From the NCBI RefSeq assembly GCF_009914755.1, contig NC_060928.1: DNA of 64,000 nucleotides. One strand, given 5' to 3'. This DNA comes from the human T2T-CHM13v2.0 reference genome, Homo sapiens. Position 1 is the first letter of the stretch. Every line of letters starts with the position of its first letter. This document shows, piece by piece, positions 11,881 to 24,164 of this stretch. The notes below the pieces were generated by a model, which was given only the letters and a program-made list of their open reading frames with translations, searched no databases and had not been told where the DNA came from. The position numbers and the translations under genes were made by a program.

Positions 11881-14800
11881 ATAGAAATTATCTGGAGAAC
11901 TTTATAAAATGTAAAATACAGTGCCTTTACCTGAGTAGACTTCGGGAAAATCTGCATTTTAACAAGCATCTCTAGATTTGGAAACAGCTGGTTCTTGAAT
12001 GACACAAACAGTTGTTTTCTCAGTTTTTGGTGCTCATAATAGAGATTACTTGGTTAGTATTTGTTGAAGTACATGCATGATCCTACTGGTCACTGTATCC
12101 ATAGTTTGGGCTGATGGGGGCTGGACAGGGATTTTGCTTGGCACTGGCCTTGAATGTCTCTTCCACAGACTTGGGTAGTGTGCTTAGGTACCAGGGACAC
12201 CAAGTGAGTAAGATATTTTCCCTGTCCCCAAGAAGCTTTAAATTCGCACGGGAGACCAGTCAGCAAATGGAAAAATTACGAAACAGCCTGATAAGGGCCA
12301 TGACTGAGAGTGGAAAGAGGTGCTCTGAGTGGACTCACTTCGCCTTTGGGAGAGAGGGAGAGAAGTAGCCCCTGCTGCCGAGGAAGGAGGGATTGGTATG
12401 AAGCCTTCAAAAGACAGCGAGGAACTCCACTGTGTCCGAAGGGAGGATTTAGAGAGCTGTTCTTCTGCCTATCTGATCGCCTCCTCAGACACTGATCTAT
12501 TAGTCTAGTGCTGCAATTACTTGGATTGTAATGTTTCCTTGCAATTTTTGCTTTTCAAATTCTTTTCACCCTAAACTGTAAATACGCCAGGAGTAGGTAA
12601 AAACTTACAGGTAAACATTGCCAAGAAATAAGGATTTTCATGTCTTCTGCTCAGTGGCATAACTCAAATCACATGAGATAGATTTCTTTGCATCTGTCCA
12701 TTGTATTTCTCTGAGGCTAATTTACAGCACTTTGTCACGTTAGGTATTTTTTTTCCCCAGTGCTGCTACTCTCCAACTGGATTTCTCACCGCCTCTATTG
12801 CGATTCCCCAAGATTTAACCAGAGAATCTTAACATATTCAGAAGGGCAGCTGTACCTGTGAAAGGGCTTGGGCTTTGGGGTCAGCCTTGGCTTTGCTTTC
12901 CACCTCACAGGGTTTCTCTGTAAATTGCTTATGAATCTAACTCTGGTAGCACATAGTTGGGTTAATAAAAGTTCTTTTTTTTCTTCATTCTTTTACCAAA
13001 AAGAAAAAAATTCCCTGCAGGGCACTTTGCAGATGTTTTCATACTAGACCTCTCAGTAGCTTCTGACAGAAAATATACTGCCTTTGACTTAATAGTCATT
13101 TATGAAAATAGGTCATTTAAAACAAGCCTGAGTAGGAGTCAGGGGAGGGAGAGGAGGTATAGAGAGTGATTATGACTTTAATTTTGAAAGGAGAAGTTTT
13201 ACCAGGGTGACCCTGAAGAAAGGTCTTTTTCCTCTTATGTGTTTATGGTTCAAGAGACTCATCTCTTGCTTCAGAAATTGTCAGAACTGTTTCTTCTGCC
13301 TTATCCAATTTAAAAGATGAAAACTTAAAATTACTTGAGCCAAGTGATGGGAAAAATTGTGGTGTCAAGACCAATTTACTCATACAAAATGGATTTATGG
13401 GCAAGTCATTAAGTAACAGGGAGTAGCAAGGAAGCCTAATGAAGACTAATGTAAAAGATACGGCTTTCCTAAAGTGATGGATAAAATGTGTTTGAGGCAA
13501 CCCATATACTCTTTTCCAAATAACCTTAGAAGTATTTTTTTTCCAAGAGGTTTAGTAGAATGTAGATATTCTAGAGAACAGATGAGAAGCTTGTGAGCCC
13601 CTCTTGTCATGTGGCTTACAGTATTTTGAGGGAGAAAAGACCCACATAAAGAATACAAAAGAGGGCATAGTGACAGGTTATAGCAAATAAAATCAAATGC
13701 CAAACTATGTGATGCCAAAAGTAGGTGAGATGGGCATCTGCACTCTGCTATGGAAAGTAGAGAGTGGAACCCAAGCAAGTTCCTGCTTAAAACCCCTGTT
13801 TCCTATCATTGACAACAGTATTTCCCCTTGCCAGTTATTTCCTAGGCTTGTTCAAATAGATTGCTGGCTCCTACCCCAGAACTACTGAGTAGAATCTCCA
13901 GCTGATCCTAATGATTCAAGTTTGGGAAACTGACCCAGAGCCTCAACTCTGTGCTCCCTGTGAATGTGGCACAGCTCCCTGCCGCAGAGGCGTCTCCTCC
14001 TTGCCTATGTAGATTTTACGTTCTACCCAGACACTTGTTCCGTGCCTTTTCTGACTTCTCTTCTTTCAGCTAGGGGGTGACGCCTTTTCCTTCAAATTCA
14101 GCTCAGGTGTTAACTTCCAGAAATTCTTTGATCTGCCAAGCCTGGGGTAAGAGAGTGTTCTCTGCCCTTTTGTGCATAATTCTATCAGAATACACATCAC
14201 CTTTGTAAAATTCTGCATTTACATGTTTCTTGCCCTCTCTGGAATGTAAACTCTGAGGGCTTAAGGCCTTGTCTTTGTGTTACATTCCCCAACCCTGTGC
14301 GCCTGAACTTGACAGGTGCTCCGTGAAAGTTGGAAGTGTTGATTGCCTTCAGGAAGAGATTGATGTTAATTGGAATACAGATAAAGCATAATGGACAAGG
14401 CGTTATCTTTGGTGAGCTTAGAAGAACATATCTGTGTTTATAAAAAGGTGTGGAAAGTTAATATTAATAATACTTTTAAAATAACCTATACTGTCAAGCA
14501 ACTGATAGTCAAGATTTGCATTCTTTTTTCTGACAGTTATTAACTCTTTCCAGCTTTTGCTTTTCAAATGTTTTTAATCTGAAACTGTAAATACTCTATG
14601 AGCAGATGAAATTAGTAATAATTAAAGTAGTTAATATCTCCATGAACTAGAATCACATTACAAAGCATTTTAGTGATTTTTAACACAAAATAGCTACTTT
14701 TATCTCAGTTTTATACATAATGAAACTGTGGCATAATGGGATTTAGCATCTGTGATAGGAAATGCACCTGACTCATCAGTTGAGTATCAGGCCTTCAGAG

Positions 14801-16049
14801 TTAATATTCTCTCTAGATGTGTTCAGCCTCAAAACAGCATGTATTCAAAATGTAAATAAGGCGGTTTATAGATGAATGGGAAGATTTGTGTATTTTCACT
14901 AAACTCATTAAAGGTACTGAATCTGTTACAGTATTTATTTTGTATTTTTTCACTTTGTACTCAGAACAGTGTAAATAAAATTACTGTGTGATCTGAGTCC
15001 TGAATGAAAAGTGGTTGTCCTGAATAGTAGTTGTAATAGTAGTTGTAATTGTAGTTATCTGTTGAGATTGTGGAGCTAATAAAATAAGCTAGAAATTCAG
15101 TGGAAAAGTTAAGTTAACATTTGTTGAGCAAAATAATTTATTGCATTTTAAAAACATCTTTCAAACCTTGGGGGCAGTGTAGATTGTCCAAATGATAGCC
15201 CAAAATTCAAAGATAATTTCTGAAATTTGTATTTTCTTTTATTTGACTTAGGATGTTGACTTTTCTTGGCTAAATAAAATTATTTTACTTAAATTATGAT
15301 TGCGTTTGTTTACTCACACTCTTTAAATGAGTTTAAATTCTTCTAGATTTTAAGTTCTTTAAGGCAGAGCCTTTGTGTATGACATGTTTTTGAATTTCCT
15401 TGCTCAGTGTGTACATGTACATGTAATTTGTTGAGCCCAGTAACCTAGAGTTCCAGCTTACTACAACTGCTGATCCCGTGTGAATTCACTATGAGAACGT
15501 CTCCAAATAATCCTTCTCCACACAAACTCAGATTATTGAGTGGATGGACTTAGAATGAAATAAGCATAGTGGAAGAATGTTTAATGAAAAAATAATGGAA
15601 GAATATTTAATGAAAAAATTTCATTGAAAACAAAAGAACAGCTTGAGTTCTTGAAGGGAATCCTTAAAATATTGTATCCATACTAACTTTTAAGTCTCAG
15701 TGCTATATAGCTGCTGAATAATAGTGATGCTGAATTTGACTGAAACAGAAAAATTAATTTCTGAAATATTTTTACTCAGTTTTTGCTTAACTACAGTTTT
15801 ATTAACTTACCAACATATTTTGAAAGAGAGCTATTTTATAAGAAAAGATGCGTTTTGAAAGGAGTGATGTGCAGCTTTGCATGTCTGATGCTGTTGATTT
15901 GGGTGTGTAATGCTATCTCTTTTTCTGTGTTAGACTCCTGTTATACTTGAGTTTTAAGACTTTTTTCTTCATTATTTAGAGCACATATCTGCTATAGTCC
16001 TAATAGAGTAATTAAAAATCTTTGACTGTGTTATTGACTTTCAGAAAGC

Positions 16050-16745
16050 TGTTTAAGGTTGTGATTAAGAGTATGGGCTGGCTATCCACTTTCTAGCTGT
16101 GTGACCTTGAGCAGAGTGTTTAATCTTTCTGTGTCTTCTTCTTCATGTGTAAAATGAGGATAAAAACAATACCTCCCTTTTAGGGTAGAGCAATTTAAAT
16201 TGATTAATATATATAAAGTTCTTGGAAAAGTGCTGGCATATAGTACACTCAAAATTACCTTTAGATTATAATTCTTTTCAGAGATACCATTTAGGCATCA
16301 GTTGTTCATAAATATGTCTGTTCTATATAATACGGACTTTAAAATAGGGCTGATTTGAACTTGAATGTTCCATCACATTTGGGAACAAATTATTTAATCT
16401 TTCTGTGCCTTTACTTTTCATCAGCAAAATGAGGGTATTAAGACCTTCTTCCCATGGTTCTTGTAAAGATGAAATGTGATAGTGTTTATAAAGACCTTAG
16501 CAGAATGCTTTGCATAAAATAACCAACCACTCACTGAATGGAAGTGGTAATGGTTGTAATGGGTATACTGACTATGTGTCAGGCAGTAATGATAAGTGAT
16601 TAAGAGCAGGTGCTTTTGTAAACACAGGACTTTCCCTAATGAGACTGTGCCATGGTGTTGTGGGTACTGATAAGATAATGCATGTAGAATGTTTAGCTTA
16701 GTATCTGGCTCATAGTAAGTACTGAAAACATGTTAGCTGTCATGT
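16050..16745 (+). mobile_element. Cluster of MIR fragments
   Basis: Repeated tgtgaccttg...aatctttctgtg...aaaatgagg cores. Confidence 0.6.
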
Positions 16746-16898
16746 AGTAGCAGTGGAGTAATACGCGTCTTCTCGCATGGTCCTTTGATACTTCATTTTC
16801 TGTAAGTATGTTAAGGGCTTTAAGGGTTTTGTTGAATAATCAACTTTGGTCTTTACCTTTTATTGTTCCTTTTCATATTTTGATTTAGGATTGTTAAA

Positions 16899-16992
16899 AT
16901 GAGTCTTCGGAAGCAAACCCCTAGTGACTTCTTAAAGCAAATCATCGGACGACCAGTTGTGGTAAAATTAAATTCTGGAGTGGATTATCGAG
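16899..16992 (+). CDS. LSM6: LSM6 coding exon 1 (MSLRKQTPSDFLKQIIGRPVVVKLNSGVDYRG)
   Basis: Acceptor tttag| at 16888, ATG at 16899, donor G|GTAATA; translation is the start of the Sm1 motif of LSm6. Confidence 0.97.
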
Positions 16993-17654
16993 GTAATATT
17001 TTCATGTTTCAACCTCACTGGTATAACTGAATAAGTAAATGTGACTTACTGATATTTATTAACCTCTTAAGTATACCCAATAGGCCAAAAAAGTACTGGT
17101 CATCAGTAGTTTTTATGCATATATCTTTTTCTATCTCTGAGATCATTCCTTTTAGAAGGACAACTCTGACAGTATAGCATGTGCTTCTGCCTTTCAGTGT
17201 GATTTGTGTGACTTCTGTCTCCTGTCTCTGCTTTGAGATCATATGTGCCTAAATTCCCTGGTAATAGCTAGGTATTCCTAGTGAACTCAGGTATGAACAA
17301 CACAACTGAAGAACATCTTGGTGCAGCAGCATTTGTTTTTGCAGGAGTATTCAAGATTGGCAAGCAGCTGTTGAGTATCATTTTACAACCTGAATGTCCC
17401 ACTCATATAACGTATAATGTGTGTGGCAACAGGGTGAGACTCTGTCTCAAAAAAAAAAATGCCTTTCTGTTCTTGGAGAGAATATTATTTTTAAGAGGCT
17501 GCAGTGCTTTTGAAATTAACTTTATAGGAAGAATGGTTTTAAATTCCGTTTTTTAAAGTTACTGAATTTCTTATCTTCCAAGCTAAGGTATGTTAAGTTA
17601 CCTGAAATATTTGGCAGGTGTAACTATAACTGATTCATTAGCAGAGGGACGTGG

Positions 17655-18258
17655 TCTCTTGGGTTGCTATAACAGAATACCACAGACTGGGTCATTTTTA
17701 TTTTCATTTTTTGTATTTTTTTTATTATTTATTTCAGTAGTTTTTGGGGGTACAGGTGGTTTTTTTGGTTACATAGATACGTTCTTTAGTGGTGGTTTCT
17801 GAGATTTTGGTGCACCCGTCACCTGAGCACTGTACTGGGTAATTTTCTTTTTTTTTTTTTTTTTTTTGAGACGGAGTCTCGCTCTGTCACCCAGGCTGGA
17901 GTGCAGCGGCGCGATCTCGGCTCACTGCAAGCTCCGCCTCTAGACTGGGTAATTTTCAAAAACAGAAGTTTATTTTCTCACAGTTCTGGTGGCTAGGAAA
18001 TCCAAGATCAAGGTGCCAGCAGGTTCAGTTGTCTGGTGAGGGCTACGTCCTCCAGAGAGGAGGAATGCTGAGTCCTCACGTGGCAGAAGGCAGAGGGCAA
18101 ACCAGCACACTGCGTGAAGACTTTTTTTTAATGCAGGCCTTCATCCCATTAATGGGCAAGTCCCCATGGTCTGCTTGCTTCTTAAAGGCCCCCACCTCTT
18201 AATACTCTCCTATTGCCAAACACCTGAATTTTGGAGGGGACACATTCAAACCATAGCA
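17655..18258 (-). mobile_element. MaLR LTR interrupted by an L1 3' fragment (about 17700-17833) and a truncated Alu (about 17848-17940)
   Basis: LTR motifs on both sides (gttgctataacagaataccacagactggg; aaatccaagatcaaggtgccagcagg...aaccatagca). Confidence 0.8.
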
Positions 18259-19606
18259 CAGGTTTTTGTGGCCTTTTTTTGGTCTCTTTTCTGAATAATT
18301 AATAGTCATAGTAATCTCTTGAGCTTTTTCCTTTGAAATCTCTATTGATTATCCCCACCTAGTAGAGGAGGAGCTAGGACTCAAGTTCAGGCTCGGCTCA
18401 TAAGCCTTGTTAAGAAACCACTCTGGTGATTATGTACTCCTTTAGCTTCTTGACATTAATAACGTATCTCCAGTTTAATTTTATTTTTATAGTAAAATTA
18501 ATGGATTCATACGGAATACTGAGGTAGTATAATGTCTCCGTGTACTGCCTCTCACCTGCGAACTTTTGATGATGGGCCCATAGGAAGTAATAGACTTCTA
18601 GGGGTTTTAATCTGTTTGACAGTTGATTAAAGTGAGGACATTGTGTTCAATGTCTTCTCAGTACCCACTTTATTGAAGAGATGAACCAGCCTGACCTTTT
18701 TTCTCTGTACTCTTTAGGGAAAATTTTTCTATTTATAAAGGCAATACATGTTTTAGTTTTGTTTTAATTTTAGAAATGTAAAAGGAAATAATACAGAAAA
18801 GTATATAGAAGAAAGCCAAGGATCCCCAATGCTACTATCCAGAGACAGTTTACCAATTTTGACCTCTATATTAGCATAATTTGACATAAATGGAGTCAAC
18901 TACATGCAACCTGATTTTTTTTTTAAACGTTGAAACAGTACATTTAGTTTTGTAATAATATAGAGGGTTTAATGGCTGCATAGGAATCTCTTGTGTGGCT
19001 GTACCATGGTTTTGCTTTTACTGTTAACCAATTTCCTATTAATGGACATTTAGGTGTTGACCAGTTTTTTGCCACTATAAACAACTCTTCTACTTTGACA
19101 TATATTGTGAAGTTGACCAAACATCTCTTTAGAATCAATTCCCTGGGCTAGGATTTACAAGTCAGAGAGTATTCCATGGCCCTGCATCAGGGAACTTGGG
19201 TTTATCCTTCATGTTCTCACCAACTCTTGTATTAGCTTTTTTTCATCTTTTCCAATCTAATTGGCAACAAGTAATATCTCATTCTACATATATTTTCTTT
19301 GTTTACTAGTGAGATTCAGGAGTCTTTCACATGGATAGTAACCATAATTTTTTTTCCTCTTATGAATGGCCTTTATACTATTAAAGCAAAATGTTTTATA
19401 CTATTAGATAGCCTTACTAAAGGAACGTGCTTATTTTGTGGTTTACAAAACCCCAAAAAACCCCAAAGCAAAACAACAACATACCAAAAAAAAAAAAAAA
19501 AGAAAAACTCCAGCAACTCTCTGTAGCAGTTTCTCTTTGAGAAAATGTCTTGTTTTTGGTTTTGTATAGTAGTTTATCTCATGGAAGGAAAGGGTTGTAT
19601 TTCTAA

Positions 19607-20116
<510 letters not shown>

Positions 20117-21250
20117 TAGTACAGCAGGAAACGAGCTAAAGTTGTAGCTTAAGCTTTCTTTTGCTAGGAAATAATTTTATTATTCACAGTCCATTCTCGT
20201 TCTTTGAGAGTTTACCGCTTTTAGCAGAATTCTGGTAGATTAATGTCTTTTGCTGTCATTACACAATTTTGAAAGGAAACTTTTTTGTTTAGAGGATAAT
20301 GGGGGCAGAGGCAGAGAGTGAGGAGCATATTAATGAAGTTAAGACATCAAATGAGAAACTATAGACTCGACTGAATTGAATCTAGTATTTGTTTTTACTT
20401 AAATTTTTTTTTCTAGGAAATACCACTTTAAATTAGAGACAGAATTAGAGGCTTACAGATTTTCATCTTTTGAAAAAGATCATCAGGTCAAATTTTACAA
20501 AATTTATACCATCTTAACACAATTAAAGATTGACTCAAACTGTTTCCTTGAAAGCTCCCTCGAATGTTTTTGGCCATTTTCTCTATTAGTTTTGATTGGA
20601 AAATATTATAGCTGTAACAAAACAGAACAAGATGTGTTATAATGCAATATGTTGCCCTATATTCTCAAGCTGCTCTTCACTGTGAGTCACAGCTTTAAGA
20701 TGTTCTTTCGGGAGCACCTGCTGTCTCCTCTTCTATTATTTTAACAGATTGTGGAGACTTCCTTTTAACCCTGGAGTACATTCATCTGCTGCAATAGATG
20801 TTGTAAAAGAATGAAATAAATCTGCCAGACCCGTATTTCACTTAGTGGCTAAAGTAGGAAATGCCACTGGAACCAAGGATCATTTGTTTATGCATAATTG
20901 CCCACCTTGTGCTTAGCTTTCAAAGAATGGTATTTTTGCCGGAATAGTCTTATTCTCTTACTTTTTTGAATGCTTTAAAAGTTTCTGTGTGGTCATACGT
21001 ACCATGAGGGAAGTGACAGTTTGTTGTTTTACCGGGTAGTAGTGGGTGCGTGACTGCCTTCCTAGACTTCATTCAGATTGGCATAGAGTTGTTTTGTGCT
21101 TAAGCTGTTGAGTTTCATTTATGGTGTGAATTTTTATATTAAGCATCTAAGAACTAATGAATAAAGAGATTGTCTGCTCTAAGGTATACCCTGTAATTTT
21201 CAACTCTTATTTGCCTTGTGTATCTTCTTTTTGACTAAATATGTCTGCAG

Positions 21251-21364
21251 GGGTCCTGGCTTGCCTGGATGGCTACATGAATATAGCCCTGGAGCAGACA
21301 GAAGAATATGTAAATGGACAACTGAAGAATAAGTATGGGGATGCATTTATCCGAGGAAACAATG
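21251..21364 (+). CDS. LSM6: LSM6 coding exon 2 (GVLACLDGYMNIALEQTEEYVNGQLKNKYGDAFIRGNN)
   Basis: tgcag| acceptor and G|GTAACA donor, 114 nt, phase 1-1; Sm motifs DGYMN and FIRGNN. Confidence 0.97.
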
Positions 21365-22961
21365 GTAACATTTCTTCGCCCTACAGTACAGCATTCAAAA
21401 TAAGCCTTTCTATTTATAATCCAGATCACCAAAGAGGTTTCTAGATAATTTAAAAGTCCACTTTTAGGCTTGATTATTTTAAAATGCTTATATGTCAGAT
21501 CTTCAGTTTGACCAGTTATTTTGTAGATGCTTCATGGAATTTTGAAACCAAAATTCTCTCCTTCCCTTCCTTTAGTGATGAGGAACTGAGGGACATTGTT
21601 CTCCTTACCTGGAACCCTGCTTTCTCGAATATAGTGTAGTATATCTCCCCAACACATATTCCTGCTTCTTGTAGCCTGGAAGTTGGAGCTGTAAGAATGG
21701 GCACCGTTTCCCTGCTGTCTTTGATTTGCATAATTTGGCAGTTCGTCCTATTTGTCCCTTCTCTATTAAACATTCAGATGCTTTCTATGCAGATTTGCAT
21801 CCTTCAGTTTGGCAAAAATGGCAAAATAGAAAAAGTTACTCAGTTTTTAACAACTAATAAATTGCTATGATTTTTATAGTTATTTTTAAGTACCTAGTTT
21901 AAAAATGAAAATTATAATAAAGTCATATTTGTATTTTTGGTGGGGAGGGAAAGATATCAGAATTATGAGAATTACCCCACTTTTTGGTTCCATCTCCCAG
22001 AAACTCTGGGATTCTTGAGTTCAGATTTTTTGTTGATTTCTTTAATTCTGGATGTCTTCAACCCCCTAAATAGTTGGATCTCTTTGCTATAAACTAAACT
22101 TCCTGACTTTTATAATAAGAGTCTGTCCCCTATGCTTACAGGACCTTATTTCTTCATATCATATTTTTACATACATTATTTCCTGGCTTTCTAGTCCTTT
22201 CTATTTATAGAATTATTTATCCTATTTTTCATATCCTTATTTGACCTCCTCTTTTTCCTAAGAAATGTTATGATCTTGTCTCACCTCAAGACAGCTAATG
22301 GCAGCAGTCACTGGCAGGTTGGGTTCTGTGCGTGTTGATAGGGTAGATCCTTTAACGTGCACACTACCCCTAGGACTTGGGGGGCAGGGTTGGGGGGCGG
22401 CTGTACTGGCATTCTGATGCTTCCCTTCATGTCACATTTCCCATGATGTAATCAGTGACACTCATCTTTAGACTCCCAAGTTCACATCATTGGCTCTTAA
22501 AGAGGATCTTGACTTATTTGATTCATCTGTGCTATGTTCTTTGATGAAGACACCTTACTGTTCGCTTTGAGCAGACCTCTCAGAAGCCGAGTAGGCATGG
22601 AAGGTGGAAGGGAGAACCACCTCTAGTTTGGCCAAAGTGACCCAAGCATTTCATTTTGTTTCATTCCTACGGACCACACATCCTACGAGTTCATGTTGGT
22701 AGTCATGAGAAGACCACTAAGCAGAACATTAGGTAACACCAAAGTATGAGACTTTTAACGGGAACTCAGAATAAGGACTTTGGTATCATTAAAAAATAAA
22801 AATAAAAAATAAACTCCTTAGCTCTTGTTTATCCTGTTGCATTTAAGAAGGTAAACAGCAAGTTTAGAGTTTGTATTGGGGAGACAGATGAAAATATGTT
22901 GTTTATTCTTAATTTGAGATCTAGCCTGGTTAGATTTACTGATTTACTTTCTGAAAAGCAT

Positions 22962-23269
22962 CTTTTTTTTTTTTTTTTTTTCCTGAGATGAAGTCTCGCT
23001 CTGTGGCCCAGGCTGGAGTGTAGTTGTGCAATCTCAGCTCACTGCAGCCTCTGCCTCCCAAGCTCAAGCAGTCCTCCCACCTCAGCGTTCTAAGTCGCTG
23101 GGACTACAAGTGCATATACCACCATGCCTGGTTAATTTTTTGTATTTTTGGTAGAAACGGGGTTTCACCATGTTGCCCAGGCTGGTCTCAAACTTCTGAG
23201 CTCAAGTGATCCACCCGCTTCAGCCTCCCAAAGTGCTAAGATTGCAGGCGTGAGCCACCGTGTTCAGCC
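22962..23269 (-). mobile_element. Alu (J-like)
   Basis: Dimer with TSD ctgaaaagcat at 22951-22961 and 23270-23280. Confidence 0.92.
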
Positions 23270-23598
23270 CTGAAAAGCATAATTCTTATACTTCTAACTA
23301 TAAAGCATTCTTAGATACCAGGGACTTTCACATATATTTTATTTTATCTTCCTGGTCACACTTTAAAGAGTCAGTGAGACACATGGATGAAATTAGGACA
23401 GTTTTGTAAGACATCAAACCTGGGTGTAGATTCATAAAACTAGTCTTACAGTACTTCTAGAGTTAATTGAATGATACGAGAATTCCTTTTAAATGTCAGA
23501 TGTATCAGACCAAAATCTGTTGGCTTTTAAACTTGCTACTATGTATACTTACAAGCAGGGTTTTTTAAATTTCAATTTATGTATTTTTTTCTTTTCAG

Positions 23599-23633
23599 TG
23601 TTGTACATCAGTACACAGAAGAGACGGATGTGA
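23599..23633 (+). CDS. LSM6: LSM6 final coding exon (VLYISTQKRRM*)
   Basis: Polypyrimidine tract plus cag| acceptor; 94+114+35=243 nt, i.e. 80 aa plus TGA. Confidence 0.97.
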
Positions 23634-23869
23634 AGACACCAAGAGAGCAACGCTTTTCATAGTTGGATATATTTTTTTATGAATTTTTTCTAATTTTTGC
23701 TTCTTTTGTGATACAATTTGTCCTCTTTTTATAATAGTTGGTGATTTTTCACTGACATGTGAGTAAGATAAATGTATACAATTGTGGATTTAATTGTGAA
23801 ATGTTCTTTCACTTGTAAGTTTCAGTCATTTTCTTTTACCTCGTTGTCAGTGTACAGAATGCTAAAATA

Positions 23870-24164
23870 ATTAAAAAAAGACAAAATATACCTCTTCCTA
23901 CAAGATTATTTAACTTAAGTTTCGAGAAGTGTCATTTCATTTGACTTGCTTTTCTTATCCAGCTAAAATGATGCATATATTTTATATATTGTATGGACAT
24001 ATAATTAAAACATTTTGGAGGAATCCTCCTTTATTGCATCCTTTTCTGTTCATACAGAATCCTTGCGTGAATATGTTCTACAAAGGCATCCAGTTTCAGT
24101 CTGAAGCTACAAAAAGGGGCCACAGGATCAGAAGTTCAGCCACTGATTGAGTCACCTAAATAAA
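23870..24164 (+). terminator. LSM6: Candidate LSM6 polyadenylation signals
   Basis: ATTAAA at 23870 and 24004 and AATAAA at 24159, after a U-rich 3' UTR. Confidence 0.5.

Noticed and set aside
15025-15618. Short tandem duplications (12-nt unit near 15025; 26-nt unit at 15570 and 15596)
   Set aside because: Two or three copies only, consistent with ordinary slippage; no repeat-spacer array.
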